A DNA stretch of 64,000 nt from Octopus vulgaris (GCA_951406725.2 OX597817.1:122140001-122204000); one strand, 5' to 3'. Positions 26,955 through 40,904 are shown, counted from the first letter of the stretch. Numbers and translations are program-made. The notes: generated by a model not told the origin, from the sequence alone.

Positions 26955-27262
26955 ATGTATGTATGTATGTATGTATGTATGTATGTATGTATGTATGTAT
27001 GTATGTATGTATGTATGTATGTATGTATGTATGTATGTATGTATGTATGTATGTATGTATGTATGTATGTATGTATGTATGTATGTATGTATGTATGTAT
27101 GTATGTATGTATGTATGTATGTATGTATGTATGTATGTATGTATGTATGTATGTATGTATGTATGTATGTATGTATGTATGTATGTATGTATGTATGTAT
27201 GTATGTATGTATGCATGCATGCATGCATGTATGTATGTATGTATGTATGGATGGATGGATGG
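26955..27262. repeat. long (TATG)n microsatellite (~260 bp near-perfect)
   Basis: Directly visible. Confidence 0.98.
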
Positions 27263-27309
27263 ACATGCGTATGTATGTATTCTATTTTTCTCTTAATTTT
27301 AGCTTATTT

Positions 27310-27620
27310 TTGACCGGCAACCTTCCAGGTGGGAAGGTTGTAAAGGAAAGGAAACTGTCGTCGTCTCTCGTGTAATGTAAGTATTCATCCTTTAATCGTA
27401 AGAACGTTTTACACATTTTGAAGGTTCCAGAAGTCGTGGCCATTTGTAGCTTATGAATTAAGCATCTACGGTCTTTCTCCACAAATCAAAGTTCAGTTAT
27501 ACTTTGGTCTAGTATATTACCTGTAGCTCCAACTATAACGGGTGTGAAGCCGAACGTATGCCTTGAATACTGGATCTTCAAACTTCTCCTGAGTGGTCCG
27601 TAGCTATCAACCTTCATGTA
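27310..27620 (-). pseudogene. 3' end of a restriction-like-endonuclease (R4/Dong-type) non-LTR retrotransposon
   Basis: One frame: MKVDSYGPLRRSLKIQYSRHTFGFTPVIVGATG...*FVEKDRRCLIHKLQMATTSGTFKMCKTFL, resembling the KxxxY...PIVVGALG...LQ....GTxKI C-terminus. Confidence 0.6.
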
Positions 27621-27839
27621 AACAAAGTATGTGCTTCAAACAAAAATTCCACAGTGGATCGAGTTACGTCCCTTCGCACTAAGGTTTACTTCAATTTTCG
27701 TCTCTTACTCGAATCAGAAAATAAATACTACACAAAAGATTGATTGAGTTCGGCATCATCTACGAATAAACTTGGAGGCAGTGCTCCAGCTTAGCCACAA
27801 TCTAAACTTTGAGGATGCTTTATTTTCAATTTGACCCCA

Positions 27840-28230
27840 TTTACTTGTTTCATTTACAGTCTTCCGGCAATGATGTGACTCCACCTGAAAGTGTCTAGCG
27901 GATCAAATCCACCCCAGTATTTATTTTTTATACCTGATACTTATTCTATCTGTGTCTTTTACTGAACTGCTAAAGAAATCAACACCGTTTGTCAATCTAT
28001 AATAGGAGATAATCACGAAGACAGACACAGACACATAGATATACACAGACATACACACTCACATAATATATATACACGGACGGGGTTCTTTCAACCTCTG
28101 TCTACCAAATCCATTCAGGAGGCTTTGATCATCCCGGTGCTGTAGTAGAAGACACTTGCCCTTGGGTGCCACACAATGGGACTGAACTCAGAAACATATG
28201 GTTGGGAAGCAAGCTTCTTGCTACATTCCC
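27840..28230 (-). mobile_element. diverged SINE family A
   Basis: GTAGAAGACACTTGCCC...GGGACTGAAC and the tail match family A. Confidence 0.8.
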
Positions 28231-28906
28231 ATTGCCGGATCATTATGCTGTTACCTTTATTCTGGCAAAATATAGCAATTAAGAAAATAAACATTGCTGG
28301 CCATAGGGTGAACATTTTTTTTTTTTTATAATAAATTAAGCAAAAATAAATGCCACGTTTTATTCAGACCTTTCTAAGTACAAATGTGACAGGAATTGGA
28401 ATCTGAAAGCTAATTGGAATCAGTAACCGTAGAATTTTCTTTTTCTTTACTTTTCTTATTCTATCAACTTACAAGGTCGAATTTTGTACGAGATAGGTAT
28501 TATTGTTATTATTTCCACCATTTATCGTATTTAAGTCCATGGGATAAACAGCAAACTTAACGACATTAATTAAGCAAATTATTTCAGAATGGGGTGGGTA
28601 ATTGTGGTGAGGGGTCAAAAACAAAAGAATTAACAATATTAGTGCTAGCATTCATAGATTGCTACTACTTCAAAAGCCTCACTAATAAGTACGGAAACAA
28701 CTAATAAACACTTTGAATTCTGTGACATGTTTATGAACATTCTTAAACGCATATTATATACACACACCTTGCGAGAAACAGAGCAAAGTTATCAGCTCTT
28801 TCTTTTCTAATAAACTCTACAGCATCTAAGAAGAGCATTTTCATGAGTAACCAAATACGTATATGTGTGTGTGTCTTTCTTTCTTTCTCTCTGTATGTGT
28901 ATGTGC

Positions 28907-28952
<46 letters not shown>

Positions 28953-29061
28953 GTGTGTGTGTGTGTGCACCAGCATGGCAACAGTCGGATGACTGAACAT
29001 GAGAAAGCTAAAAGATGTCTATCTATCTACCTGTACATATATATATGTACAGGTATGTATG

Positions 29062-29111
<50 letters not shown>

Positions 29112-31617
29112 TATATATATATGCATATATATGTATGAATGTATATCAATAAATACGTATTTTTTGTGCAATATATGTACATATATCATATATATACATA
29201 TATGATATACATATATATCATATACATGCATATATAATGAAGGAAGAAAATATGAAAATATTACAATGTATCAATGTAATAAATTGCATTGATAACTTGG
29301 GGATTATCTACACCTAACTGCAAAATATTAAGACTACTTATTTATAATTTTATGATGCTTTTCTCGATTAAAAATATTATTTATGAAGAAATATTCAGTT
29401 TAGAAATCTAAGAAAGAAAAAAAACGAAAATGTAGAAAACAAATGAATTTAGCACTATAATGAAATTGCGTGAGAGTTTCTTGAACTACGTTTCCGTTTC
29501 TTTGTAGGAAAATGATGTACATTTTCTAAACAGATTAAATAAAGACAGAAGTTCCTCAGAATATAAATTACTAGAATACAAAGTAGCTCGGAATTTGGTG
29601 ATATCCCAAAACTTGAGTGTATGGCACGTTTTATGTACTTCATAAATGATCATTAAGAAATAATCGTCATCCCTGAAGAAAGCTAAAATTTGGACTAGAA
29701 CATTCTGCTTTCAGCTGATATAATAATTTCCAAGATTTTCTCTGGGAAAGCGCTAGATAACGATGTTTAATTGGAACAAAATTACAATCTTATCAAATTG
29801 ACGGCATGATATTTTCAATGCTGGCAAAGTAAGGGAGATAAAACCCTGTATTTTACTTTTCGTGTAACGTCTGCCCCCACACTCTTCATTTTAAATTGGC
29901 AGTATATCTACTCGCACAGCTTTATCGTTAACAAAGATGTGCATTTCCTGGCTTTTCAGCGATTTCTGTTCGCTAATAATAATAAACTTTCGAAGCATAC
30001 AGATGGAAAGACTAAAAGTTAATGAATAGAACTAGATATTTAGCTAATTTACTATTTGAGAATAAATGTATATAATAATAAGGCAAGTCTCATTAACCGC
30101 AAAAAGTTGCTTGCGTTAGCAGTTTCTATTTATATATAGTAAAAGAAAGCTGACCAACCGTTGAGATTTGAAATTACACTCTCTAAATGCAGATACATTA
30201 ACGCACGCAACTCTTAGAACGTATGAACATTTTCCCTTAAATTAAGGTTAAAACGAGTGACTCACCAAGACATTGTAATTACTTGCAAATGAGACAGATC
30301 TTTTTGTCCAGAATATATATTGCCAGGTTATTTCAATTCGCATAACAGTAGTGAATGTGTGCAAGGTAAAATTTCCTTTTGATAATCAAACAATCAGCCG
30401 AGAAGAATATATGCTTATTTTTTTTTTCATCTACTTAATGCGAAAGAAACCTCAGCAAAGTACTAAACATTAGCTATTTCAATGAGCCATGAAAAGATTA
30501 GATTCACAATTTAGCTACAAAACAACAAACTTTCAAGCCACAGTTCCCTCATTTAATAGATTATAGCAATGAAGTCTTCGATTACTGAACTAATTGATAA
30601 AAGAAAGAAAAAAGAAAACTGACAATGATATGCGCTTTCCTTAAAATGCAGCGTTTATTCTCTCCTTTTCTTACAGAAAATAACAAATGCATGATCATAA
30701 AGTACAGTTGCAATATATAAGATAAGGAGTTTTTATATGTGGTTTTCCAAACGCATAATACGTTACTACTCCTAATTACAGTATCAATTCTGTAAGACCA
30801 GTTTCTTTCAGTACACTACTTAAATAATAGTATCTAATTCTTTTTTCTACCGCTTTTTCCATTACGCTGTAATCTAATCGCTTCGAATTAAAAAAAAAAT
30901 GTCATATTCCTTTGTAGTATTTTCGCCTCATTGTCCATTGCTTAAGGTGAGTTGAAAGAAAATAATAAAACAAAATAACAAAGTAATAAAGCAAAACCTT
31001 CCATGTTTTACCACCTAATCACATTGCCACTACTACCACTTCAGTACATATACCTTCCCCTCTTCCTCCTCTGTGGGGAAGAAATATGCTTTTCTTTTCT
31101 CTTCGGCGGTTTTATTGAGTTCTATTTTTTTCCTAAATTTTCCTCGTTTTCTTACATGCTTCTTTTTTTTTTTCAGTTTATTTGTAATTATTTCTGTTAA
31201 TTGTGCTTTAATTATGATAGTTCCTGGCAAACATGGTAATATTTTCTTCTAATATGGAAATATTTAATTAAATTTCAACTAATTCTTCGAAAGAAAAGCA
31301 GCTTTATTTCCGTTTATATCTTTAACAACAGTGTTCAAATTTGTATTTCAGATCCAATCGATTGTCAAAGAAATGGATAAATTAATTTCATCATGCAACA
31401 ATAGAAAGTACATTCCAATTTGTTCTGTCAGAAGGGATCAAGAGAAAGTGTAACTTCTCTTTCTCTTTGAATCTTTTTTTCGGTCAAAAGAAAATCAATT
31501 GTATATGCTAGCTATTCAACTACAACTAGTAGTAGTAGTAGTAGTAGTAGTAGTATATCACGTAAGTCAAACAGACATCTATCAAACTATCTAGCTCCCT
31601 GTATCTCTCCCTGGAAG

Positions 31618-32147
31618 CGCAGGCGTGGCTGTGTGTTGAGAAGTTATATATTTCTTTATTGCCCACAAGAGGCTAAATATGGAGGAGACAAACAAGGACA
31701 GACAACGGGATTAAGTCGATTACATCGACCCCAGTGTGTAACTGGTACTTTATTTATCGACCCCGAAAGGATGAAAGGCAAAGTTGACCTCGGCGGAATT
31801 TGAACTGAGAACGTAACGGCAGACGAAATACCTATTTCTTTACTACCCACAAGGGGCTAAACACAGAGGGGACAAACAAGGACAGACAAACGGATTAAGT
31901 CGATTACATCGACCCCAGTGCGTAACTGGTATTTAATTTATCGACCCTGAAAGAATGAAAGGCAAAGTCGACTTCGGCGGAGTTTGAACTCAGAATGTAA
32001 CAGCAGACGAAATACCGCTAAGCATTTCGCCCGGCGCGCTAACGTTTCTGCCAGCTCGCCGCCTTATGTTTTCTACTCTGGCCTCAGGATGACCAAAGCC
32101 TTGTGAGTAGATTTAATGACGGAAGCTGAAAGAAGTCCACGGTGTGT

Positions 32148-32181
<34 letters not shown>

Positions 32182-32400
32182 CTGTCTGTCTGTCTGTGTT
32201 TGATGTCCATCACCGCTTGACAACTGGTGTTGATGTGTTTACGGTTCCAATAACTTAGTGTTTCGGCAAAAGTGACCGATAGAATGAGTACCAAACTTTA
32301 AAATAAATAAGTACTTGGGTTGATTCGCTCGACTATAACTCTTCAAGACGGTGCCCCGGTATAGTCGCAGTCTAATGACTGAAACAGGTAAAAGATAAAA
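31618..32400 (+). mobile_element. SINE family A host interrupted by a SINE-B dimer (host pieces 31618-31649 and 32067-32400)
   Basis: The A head (CAGGCGTGGCTGTGTG) precedes the B insert and the A body and tail follow it. Confidence 0.8.
31652..32063 (-). mobile_element. SINE family B head-to-tail dimer
   Basis: Full copy 32063-31833 followed by a headless copy 31832-31652. Confidence 0.9.
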
Positions 32401-32462
32401 GCTATACATATATTAGAGGCATATAAATCTTGGAAGTAAATATATATATATATATATATATA

Positions 32463-32700
32463 CCGGAGTAAACACATAAATGTGAAACAAGGTGGAAAAA
32501 GAGTACTCAAATACCAGTGGTAGAGTAATATGCTTTATTTTGAGCAGCAGAAAATTCAACAAAATCTGTTACTCTGAGTTTCTCGTTGCCGTTCATCAGA
32601 CAGTTTTTGTTAGAATTCTAACAAAAACTGTCTGATGAACGGCAACGAGAAACTCAGAGTAACAGATTTTGTTGAATTTTCTGTTGCTTATAAAATAAAG
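32463..32700 (-). mobile_element. fold-back PLE-type insertion with two mirror hammerheads, in (TA)n
   Basis: Arms 32533-32615 / 32616-32700 centred on GAATTC; 70-bp unique extension; (TA)n on both sides; tail homologous to 50570-50630. Confidence 0.85.
32624..32670 (+). ncRNA. minimal type I hammerhead (mirror copy ~32561-32607, minus strand)
   Basis: CTGT-CTGATGA-ACG GCAA CGA-GAAA-CTC A GAG-TA-ACAG. Confidence 0.75.
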
Positions 32701-32734
<34 letters not shown>

Positions 32735-34792
32735 CCAAGCTTTTCTCTTATATTTTCTTTGTTTGCGACAGTGTGCTACTTGCGAACATCTGCGTTCTCA
32801 CTGAATTTAGATGACAATTCATTTAATCAAATATCTTTCTCCTACAGACAATCTACAGTTCCTGAATCACGAGTATTGTTAGCCTGTTTTCTTGTTTTGC
32901 TTTCAATCTTTAAACATTGGCACAAAAATCACATTAAACTTACTTTATTTCATTCACGTCATCCTACGTCTTTCCATTTCTTTGCTATAAATGAGATGCG
33001 GATGTTTTAACAACATTGCCAATCGCACAAAAATTCTCGCAAATAAATAGGTCAACCGGCAGATGCCAGTTAAATTTAGTGCTGGTCAGTCTAATGCTGT
33101 TATTTTACCTTATGTTCCCAGAAAATAACATAAAGATAGTGAAGATAATATTTAGCGTTATCCATAAACAGCTGGAGTCGTAAACTGAATTTTAGTAGTT
33201 CATTGCGGCGAAATGTGTAGAAAACTTCCAGAAAAATAATATTTCTTTACTATCATCCTATTGGTAATAATAAATGCATACAAAACATCAGAAAGTCTGT
33301 AAACATATTTTGTTTTCCTTTGTTTGTGCTTTGCTTTTGTTTTTAAAATGGCATAAAATCAGCTATTTTATCTTGTTTTACGAGTAGCATATATATCTCG
33401 TATTTACTTGAAATAACATAAAACTGTAACAATAAACAAAAGATCTGCAGAAATCTCATAGACACAATACATTAAAAGACAATAATTTTAAATATTCATT
33501 TAAATTCAGGTCCCGGAAGTACGAAATAAATGAACTCCATTGAATTTTGTTCTTTGAACAGATTAAACATTATCTCTCTCTGTATATGTGATTCATAGAA
33601 GTCTGTATTTTACGATGCATATCATCTATTTAAACTGAGATACATGTGTAGTTATCTGAGTTTAAAACGCACTGAAAGCAAAATGCTATTTTAGTGTAAT
33701 ATAATCAAGAATGAACTGCTAAATTTTGAAATAGACGAAATAGCTTTAATCTAATCCACCAATTCATATTTTCTTCATATTTTACGTTCTTCGAAAATAG
33801 GGATTTTGCGATTGTCATAAATAGAATTAGCTTAATTCTTTGTCTGTTACGTGTGTCACATGTGATAAGCAGGAGATATTTCCTTGGCGTTTCTGTATCA
33901 TATATAGTACACATTAGCAATCGTTTCAACCACCAGAGTAGCTTGGAACTTATGGAAGGAAAGTTTTATATTACCCCTAATGGATAAATGAAGGTCTAAC
34001 TAAAAGTCTGAAAACAAACCCTGATATTTTGGACAAACTTATGAAAATACTTTGGACAGGCAAAGAGTTACATGGTTTCAGAAACGAAATGAAGTTTGGG
34101 ATCTTTTCGAATCGACACAGCAGAACAAATGTTTTAGAAAATCTCACAACAAATGCTTTTCATGCTTATTACGAAATTGTAACTATTTGGGTGAAAAATT
34201 ATTCATAGAAAATTTACGATTTTTTATAGTGAAGCTTTTTGAAAATTCTGTCAATTAAATGTAACCAATCTCAACACGCTGGAAATCGGAATTGCCATAT
34301 GTTTCTATAACAAGAGACCTCTATTGAGATTTACATCACCCCATCACCACCTCCGTCACCACCTCAACAAGATGTATGTAATAGTATTTGATGTGGTTGT
34401 GCTAGCATTGGTGCTGACAAAAGTTGTTGCTGTGGTTGTTGACCTCCTTGTGGTAGTAATAACGGTCTTGATTGTGGTAGTGGTTTTATATACGATACCA
34501 CCAACACTGCTGGTAAAACATCACCGCAGTTAGTAGTAGTTGTGGTTGTTGTTATTGTGGTAGTATTGGTGATATTTGTAGCTTTGTTAATGATGGTGCT
34601 GAGGATATCTATGCTTGTGGTTTAATATCAGGTCAATCCAGATCTAGAAAAGATGTAACGTATATTACTCTGCAATTTCTAGCATGTCAATAGAACACCT
34701 ATCGTTTTTTAACGTGACTAGGCTGTTATTTTTAACACATCTGGCACCAATATAGAATTTTCTTGCATTCGCTCACACACACACACACACAC

Positions 34793-34836
<44 letters not shown>

Positions 34837-35327
34837 TATTTTATTCCACACGGATATAAATATAGGAAAAATAGAATTTGAAAATGCCCTGAGAATAGTA
34901 AAAATATTTTTTATTGAAATATTTAAAATTTTTAACCTGTTTCATAGTTTACACTGATTTTCAAAATGTTCAAAGAGAAATATGTGGCTTCTGTCTTGCT
35001 TCTGACTAGTGTTTGAAGCCTGCCCTATTTTTATAGGGAGTTCATGTCTCCAAATTAGTATGTTTTGATTTGGATTTGACTGGTAGAGGATATCCACATG
35101 ACTGGTCTTAGAAATTTCAGTAGGTTCCCCACTTTGTCCATGTGTTAGTATCAACTTACAATGTTTGGTGTAGTAACTTAAGGCTGACACGGTTGACTGA
35201 ACATGTCCAAACAATCAATGCTCTGAATGTTTTCTGTCAAGTGTTCGTAGAGAATGCCTCACATTCAATATAACCAAATAAAAAAGAAAATAACAATATG
35301 AACTCTACCTTTGACTACATTATTTGA

Positions 35328-35363
<36 letters not shown>

Positions 35364-35894
35364 GACAACAAACAATTTTTCTTTCACTTTTGAATTATCC
35401 GGCCACATGATTAAGTGCATAACGTTTGTACGTTTCCTGCTACGTTCGTGCGTTAGTGTCACGTGACAGTATATTTTGCGCCTAAAAACAAAGCCAACAC
35501 GGTTGAGTGAACCTGTTTCGCAATAATCAAGGTACTCCAAATTCAATCTGTCTGGTGGGAGCGTGTAAGGATTCGTTTGTATGTAGTCCAGTGGCTATAG
35601 CTTAGGTGTTAATGTGTACCATCCTCATGCTAAGTGGCAGAATGAATTTTGTGTGTGAACAGATATTTGCGTATGTTCTCTGTTAAAGTTTGTTAAGTCT
35701 TGATTTGTACTTTTGCATGAAAGTATTTTCTTTGTTTATCCGTGCTTCATCTGTGGTTTTCGCTGGGCATAGGTAGAGTGGGAAGACATGGAATTTGGGA
35801 GACTTATCTTTTGCCCATATGTCTATACCCATACAAACAGGCCCACATGCATACATATACATACATACATTTATCCATATACATTCATACATAC

Positions 35895-36010
35895 ATATGC
35901 ATACAAACACATACATACATACATACATACATACATACATACATACATACATACATACATACATACATACATTCATTCATTCATTCATTCATTCATTCAT
36001 TCATTCATTC
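35895..36010. repeat. (ACAT)n-(TCAT)n microsatellite
   Basis: Directly visible. Confidence 0.95.
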
Positions 36011-38044
36011 AAAAGTGGGATTTGAAAGAGAATTGACTATGGGTGCATACTGAAATTCCGACTTCCAGCGTGTCGAGATTAGTTTCAACTGGTAGGCTGA
36101 AATGTCAAAAGATTTCTTTCTTTAAAAGTTCGACAATTTTTACTCTTAATTTCTCAATAAATAAATGGATTACAAGAAAAGAAGAAAGAAAGATGTGGAA
36201 TCTGGCGTGTCAAACCGAAAAGATCTGCAGTCTGAAAATGATAGGGTGAATCTGTCAAAAAGCGTGAATCTGTCAAATAGCGGTGTAGAAACAATTCTGT
36301 ATATCAAAGTAAAGAACTATGACAGCTGAGTCTCTTCTACAAAAGCACCGATACACGCACTTGTGCACACGTAGTTACACGCGCGCATACACACGCACAC
36401 ACACATACATACGCACACACACTCAATCACACTAGTTGCTCTCAATGTTAGAAATGGTATTTTGTAATAAAAAATACGAACCGGGATTACGAATTAGATA
36501 CTAATTTTTCATTAAAAAAAGCATCAAAATACCTTGCTTAGAGATAAAAGTCATTTGAAATATGAATGTTGGGAAGTTAATCAGTAAAAATTGTAATAGG
36601 AGAAATGCTTTTAATTTTCTGAAGGAAATTTCAAAGAAGTAATGGTTGTAGTTACAACACGTGAAATATAACCATCTCATTAACGCCTGTGTTTAATTGT
36701 TCAATTTACTGAACAGTCACATTCACACGAGAATTTCGCGGCTGCGTGAAAAAAATGTAATCGAATGATAATAGATATATCTGTGTTTACAGAAAGTCAC
36801 TTAAGACATTTACCATTAATAAGCTATTAATGATTTCCACACAAACAAAATCCAAATAAATCTTACTTAGAAAATGAACACTTATAAAAAAAAATGTAGT
36901 GTAAGATGACATTGTTCTTGTTATTGCTGTTATTCTCAAAATGAGAAAATTGTTGCAATCTTTTGTACATCGTATTTCTTCTTTAATTACCTAAATGGGT
37001 GAAATTTAGTCTGATAGATGCGCACGCATATATGTGTGTATTTGTATGTAGTTGCGGGTGTAGAAAGCTTTTCACTTTCAAAGTATGTTAATTATAAATA
37101 ATGAGTTTTTCTTTAAATTTAGAAATTACAGACAAATACCAAATATTTACCATCGGTGTATTCGTCTAAAATTTCTTCAGCAACTAAAAAGAAGTTTTCT
37201 AACGAGATGGGGCAATAAATATCTACTTTTTCAATGGCATAAATGTTTTGGTTGGCTACTGCTATATAATAAAGAATTATACAGTTCTTCAGTTTAGATT
37301 ACATTATCAAAGAAAGGGAAATGATGTGGGCACTTCCTTAGCTGCAGAAGAAAGAACTAATAGCCAAATTTCTACAAACATTACTTTGTTCCTGTAGCAT
37401 ACTTCGTCTCTGATGAGGTATAACATAGGAACAAAGGAATGCAAGCAACATAGGTATTTCAGAGGTATATAGACATGAAGAGGTGTCAAGTTTATAACAA
37501 TAGATAGTCTATGGATATGAATTGCTGTCGGTTAATTTGAAACGATGCTATATATTGATACGTGTCTGGGTGAATAACTCTCTAAGTGAGGTCGGATAAT
37601 TCAAAAGTGAAAGAAAAATTGTTTGTTGTCATAATATATATATAAGTCAAATAATGTAGTCAAAGGTAGAGTTCATATTGTTATTTTCTTTTTTATTTGT
37701 GCAGATAAAATGATAGGAAAAGATTAATTTGATTATAAATCTCAAGCTTTAAACTGGATTTAATATGTTCTACTGGCATAGAACAAGAATACTACAATCT
37801 TCTGTTTAGTTTGCTTAATTTGATATGTAATATGTGAGGCATGAAGAAATACGTGTAAACCACTCTACAAATGTTCGAGTTATGCAAAGTTAAGTAACAC
37901 AAGGTTGATGCTTACTATTGAGAAAATAAAGCTGTTCTGTTCTAGTTTTTTTCTTGCATTTTTAAGCTCCTTATTAGAAGTTTATAGACATCATAATGTA
38001 GATAAATGATTAATATACTGTACAGTATCGACATTCTTTTATTT

Positions 38045-38390
38045 TTGCATCAATTCCAGCTTCTGGGCCGCAGTCATGCTGGGGCACCGCTTTGAAGGGT
38101 ATTTGTCGAATTGACCCCAGAGCTTATTTTATACTTTTGCCGAACCTCTAATGTACGGGGATGCAAACAAACTCATCTCCAGTTGTAAAGCGATAATGAG
38201 AGATAAGCACAAAGACTCAAACACACACACATACGTACGTAGGACGGATTTTCAGTTTCCTTATAGCAACACTCACAAGGTTTCATCGGCCCTGGGGTAT
38301 AACAGAAGACACTTGCTCAAGGTGTTACATAGTGGGACAAAAGCCGGTACCATGTTGTTGGGAAGCAAACTTCATAGCACATAGCGACAT
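38045..38390 (-). mobile_element. diverged SINE family A
   Basis: CATGCTGGGGCACCGC...AGAAGACACTTGCTCAAGG homology. Confidence 0.75.
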
Positions 38391-38928
38391 AATTTGTACA
38401 GTGTAATTTTTGCTGGTTTGATACTCTATAAACTTACCACCTGATAGAATCTATTATTTTTAAGTCAATTCTTGTGGCACCATAGCCCATTCAAGTAAGG
38501 AGTTGTTGTTGACTTAGACGTATCCATGTATAAGCGGTTTGTCCACTCATAATTTCCCGCCTGATAGAATCACGGTTAGCATATTTAATTGGAGAAAGCC
38601 ACACTTAAAAATATGAGAAAACGCCTCTGTTCTCCTACATTTTGATGATCTAAGTAATATTAATGAACACCTTTTTAAATGTAGACCACCTAATGGCTCC
38701 AGTATGTTTGTAAATATCTACACACGTAATAGTAGTTGCAATTCCATCTATTTTCACTACAACCCTTTTTACTGAAGAAGCCTATGTTATAGCAATCTAG
38801 AAAATGCTATTTTGTTGTGTCTAGGGACAGGCATTACACTAATATTATTCATACATGCACTGGTTCAATTCCACTCTTTCATTATTAGTCAACTGGTTAA
38901 ATATCTAACTAACTAATCGTTTGTTTGT

Positions 38929-39354
38929 GTTACATACAAAATTAAAAGGAATGACCACTAAAGTGGACACCCTATATGCTAAACATAGGGTGTCCAGTTT
39001 AGTGGTAATTCCTCTTTTGGCGGCGAGCTGGCAGAAACGTTAGCACGCCGGGCGAAATGCGTAGCCGTATTTCATCTGCCGTTACGTTCTGAGTTCAAAT
39101 TCCGCCGAGGTCGACTTTGCCTTTCATCCTTTCGGGGTCGATTAAATAAGTACCAGTTACGCACTGGGGTCGATATAATCGACTTAATCCGTTTGTCTGT
39201 CCTTGTTTGTCCCTTCTGTGTTTAGCCCCTTGTGGGCAGTAAAGAAACAGGTAATTCCTCTTTTGTATGTAACACAATTTTTAATCTTCGGATTTTAAAA
39301 ATATGCTAAGCCACTGGTTTTAATTGATCAACATCAATTTCTACCCTTATTAGT
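38929..39354 (+). mobile_element. fold-back PLE-type insertion with 15-bp TSD, interrupted by SINE-B
   Basis: Hairpin 38947-39013; TSD TAATCGTTTGTTTGT at 38914-38928 and 39355-39369; same family as 58525-58742. Confidence 0.75.
39019..39249 (+). mobile_element. SINE family B with 15-bp TSD
   Basis: TSD GGTAATTCCTCTTTT at 39004-39018 and 39250-39264. Confidence 0.95.
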
Positions 39355-40683
39355 TAATCGTTTGTTTGTTTAAATTAGCTATACAGTAAGTTGTTTTGTG
39401 TTCGTTTGTCAAAGTTCTTTCATCGCAATTTGCAACCTTTTCAGGGACTTTTCTCTTAGCCCGTTGCGGAAGATCGTTTGTCTGTTTGAGATCTTATTGT
39501 GCACGAGTGCATCTGTGTGTGGGCCAGTGTGCACGTGTACTTGTGTACGTACGTATGTATGCATGTATGTATGTATGTATATATGTATGTATGTATTCAT
39601 GCATCTATGTATGTGTGAGTGTGTGTGTGTGTATGTATTCTTCTGCGTATTCCTGCGTCTATGTATGTGCGTGCTTGTGTGTTTGTGTATGTTATTTATT
39701 TATTTGTTTGTTTTGGATACTTTTCAAAACCTTCCGGGATTTACTGGCTTGATATCGTATCGTTTAATTATTTTCATAGTAATATTTATATTTATCTAAC
39801 AATATATATATGCGGAAGTAAAATTTGCATCTAGTAGATTATTATTCTTGTTACATACTGTCCTACAAAACCTATTATATCTGAAAAAAATAAATTAGAT
39901 TTTATACGAGCGAGTAATGTATCCAGATTACTGTAGGGGTAAGTTGTACATTGAATTATGTGTGTCCTATCATTTATTTGCAGGATGTTGTTTGCAGAAA
40001 GGCAATCTGACGTTACTCGTAGATATTTAGTAGACATTTCTAAGATTTGGTCAGCAAATATTTTCCTATGAAGTAACAGTCCAAATATATATGAAAACAA
40101 AATTGATTTGGGAAGTGAGTACAATATCTGAATATCTATTGATTACAGTACAAGTTATTGCATTTTCCTGCGAAGTTTGAGAGAAGACTCGCGATTGGTT
40201 ATATTAAATGTGAGGCATGAATTTAATACGGTCTTTTAATGAAAATGAAAATTATAACAGCACGCATAAGATATTCATTATTAAATCTCTTTGAAAAATC
40301 ACATAATTAATTAAACATTGCCTTTCTCATCTTGTGTTCTTCATTCATTAAATTTTGATTATTAGCCATGTTATTGCGTTGTGTGCACACATATGTGATG
40401 GCGGTTCATAAAATAGATTTGTCAATAACCATCTGCAAAATAAAACATTGCCATGTAGCGAGGTATTTTAATTCTGGTAGCTAATTAACATATTTCTTTT
40501 ATATTTCTAATTCGTAGTTATTATTAAGAAAGAGAAATTAACGAATACTCTAAATATATGCATTACATTTTATTATGCATCTTGTATATTTTTCCTGGTC
40601 GATGTTAGCATATGCGTTAATTTATATACGTATGTAGATGTGTATGAGTGTGTTCGTGTGTGTGCGCGCGCGCTGTGTATATA

Positions 40684-40904
40684 TGTTTCTTTATTACCCA
40701 CAAGGGGCTAAACATAGAGGGGACAAACAAGGACAGACAAACGGATTAAGTCGATTACATCGACCTCAGTGCGTAACTGGTACTTAATTTATCGACCCCG
40801 AAAGGATGAAAGGCAAAGTCGACCTCGGCGGAATTTGAACTCGGAACGTAACGGCAGACGAAATACGGCTACGCATTTCGCCCGGCGTGTTAACGTTTCT
40901 GCCA
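40684..40904 (-). mobile_element. SINE family B, slightly 5'-truncated, ~18-bp TSD
   Basis: GCGCGCGCTGT(G/A)TATATA at 40666-40683 and 40905-40922. Confidence 0.92.

Noticed and set aside
29670-29725. CTGAAGA-A-AGCT...AGCT-GATA
   Set aside because: GAAA mutated and stems I/III not evident; too degenerate.
34340-34600. Val-rich hydrophobic ORF 34324-34533
   Set aside because: Degenerate (GTT/GTG/GTA)n low-complexity tract.
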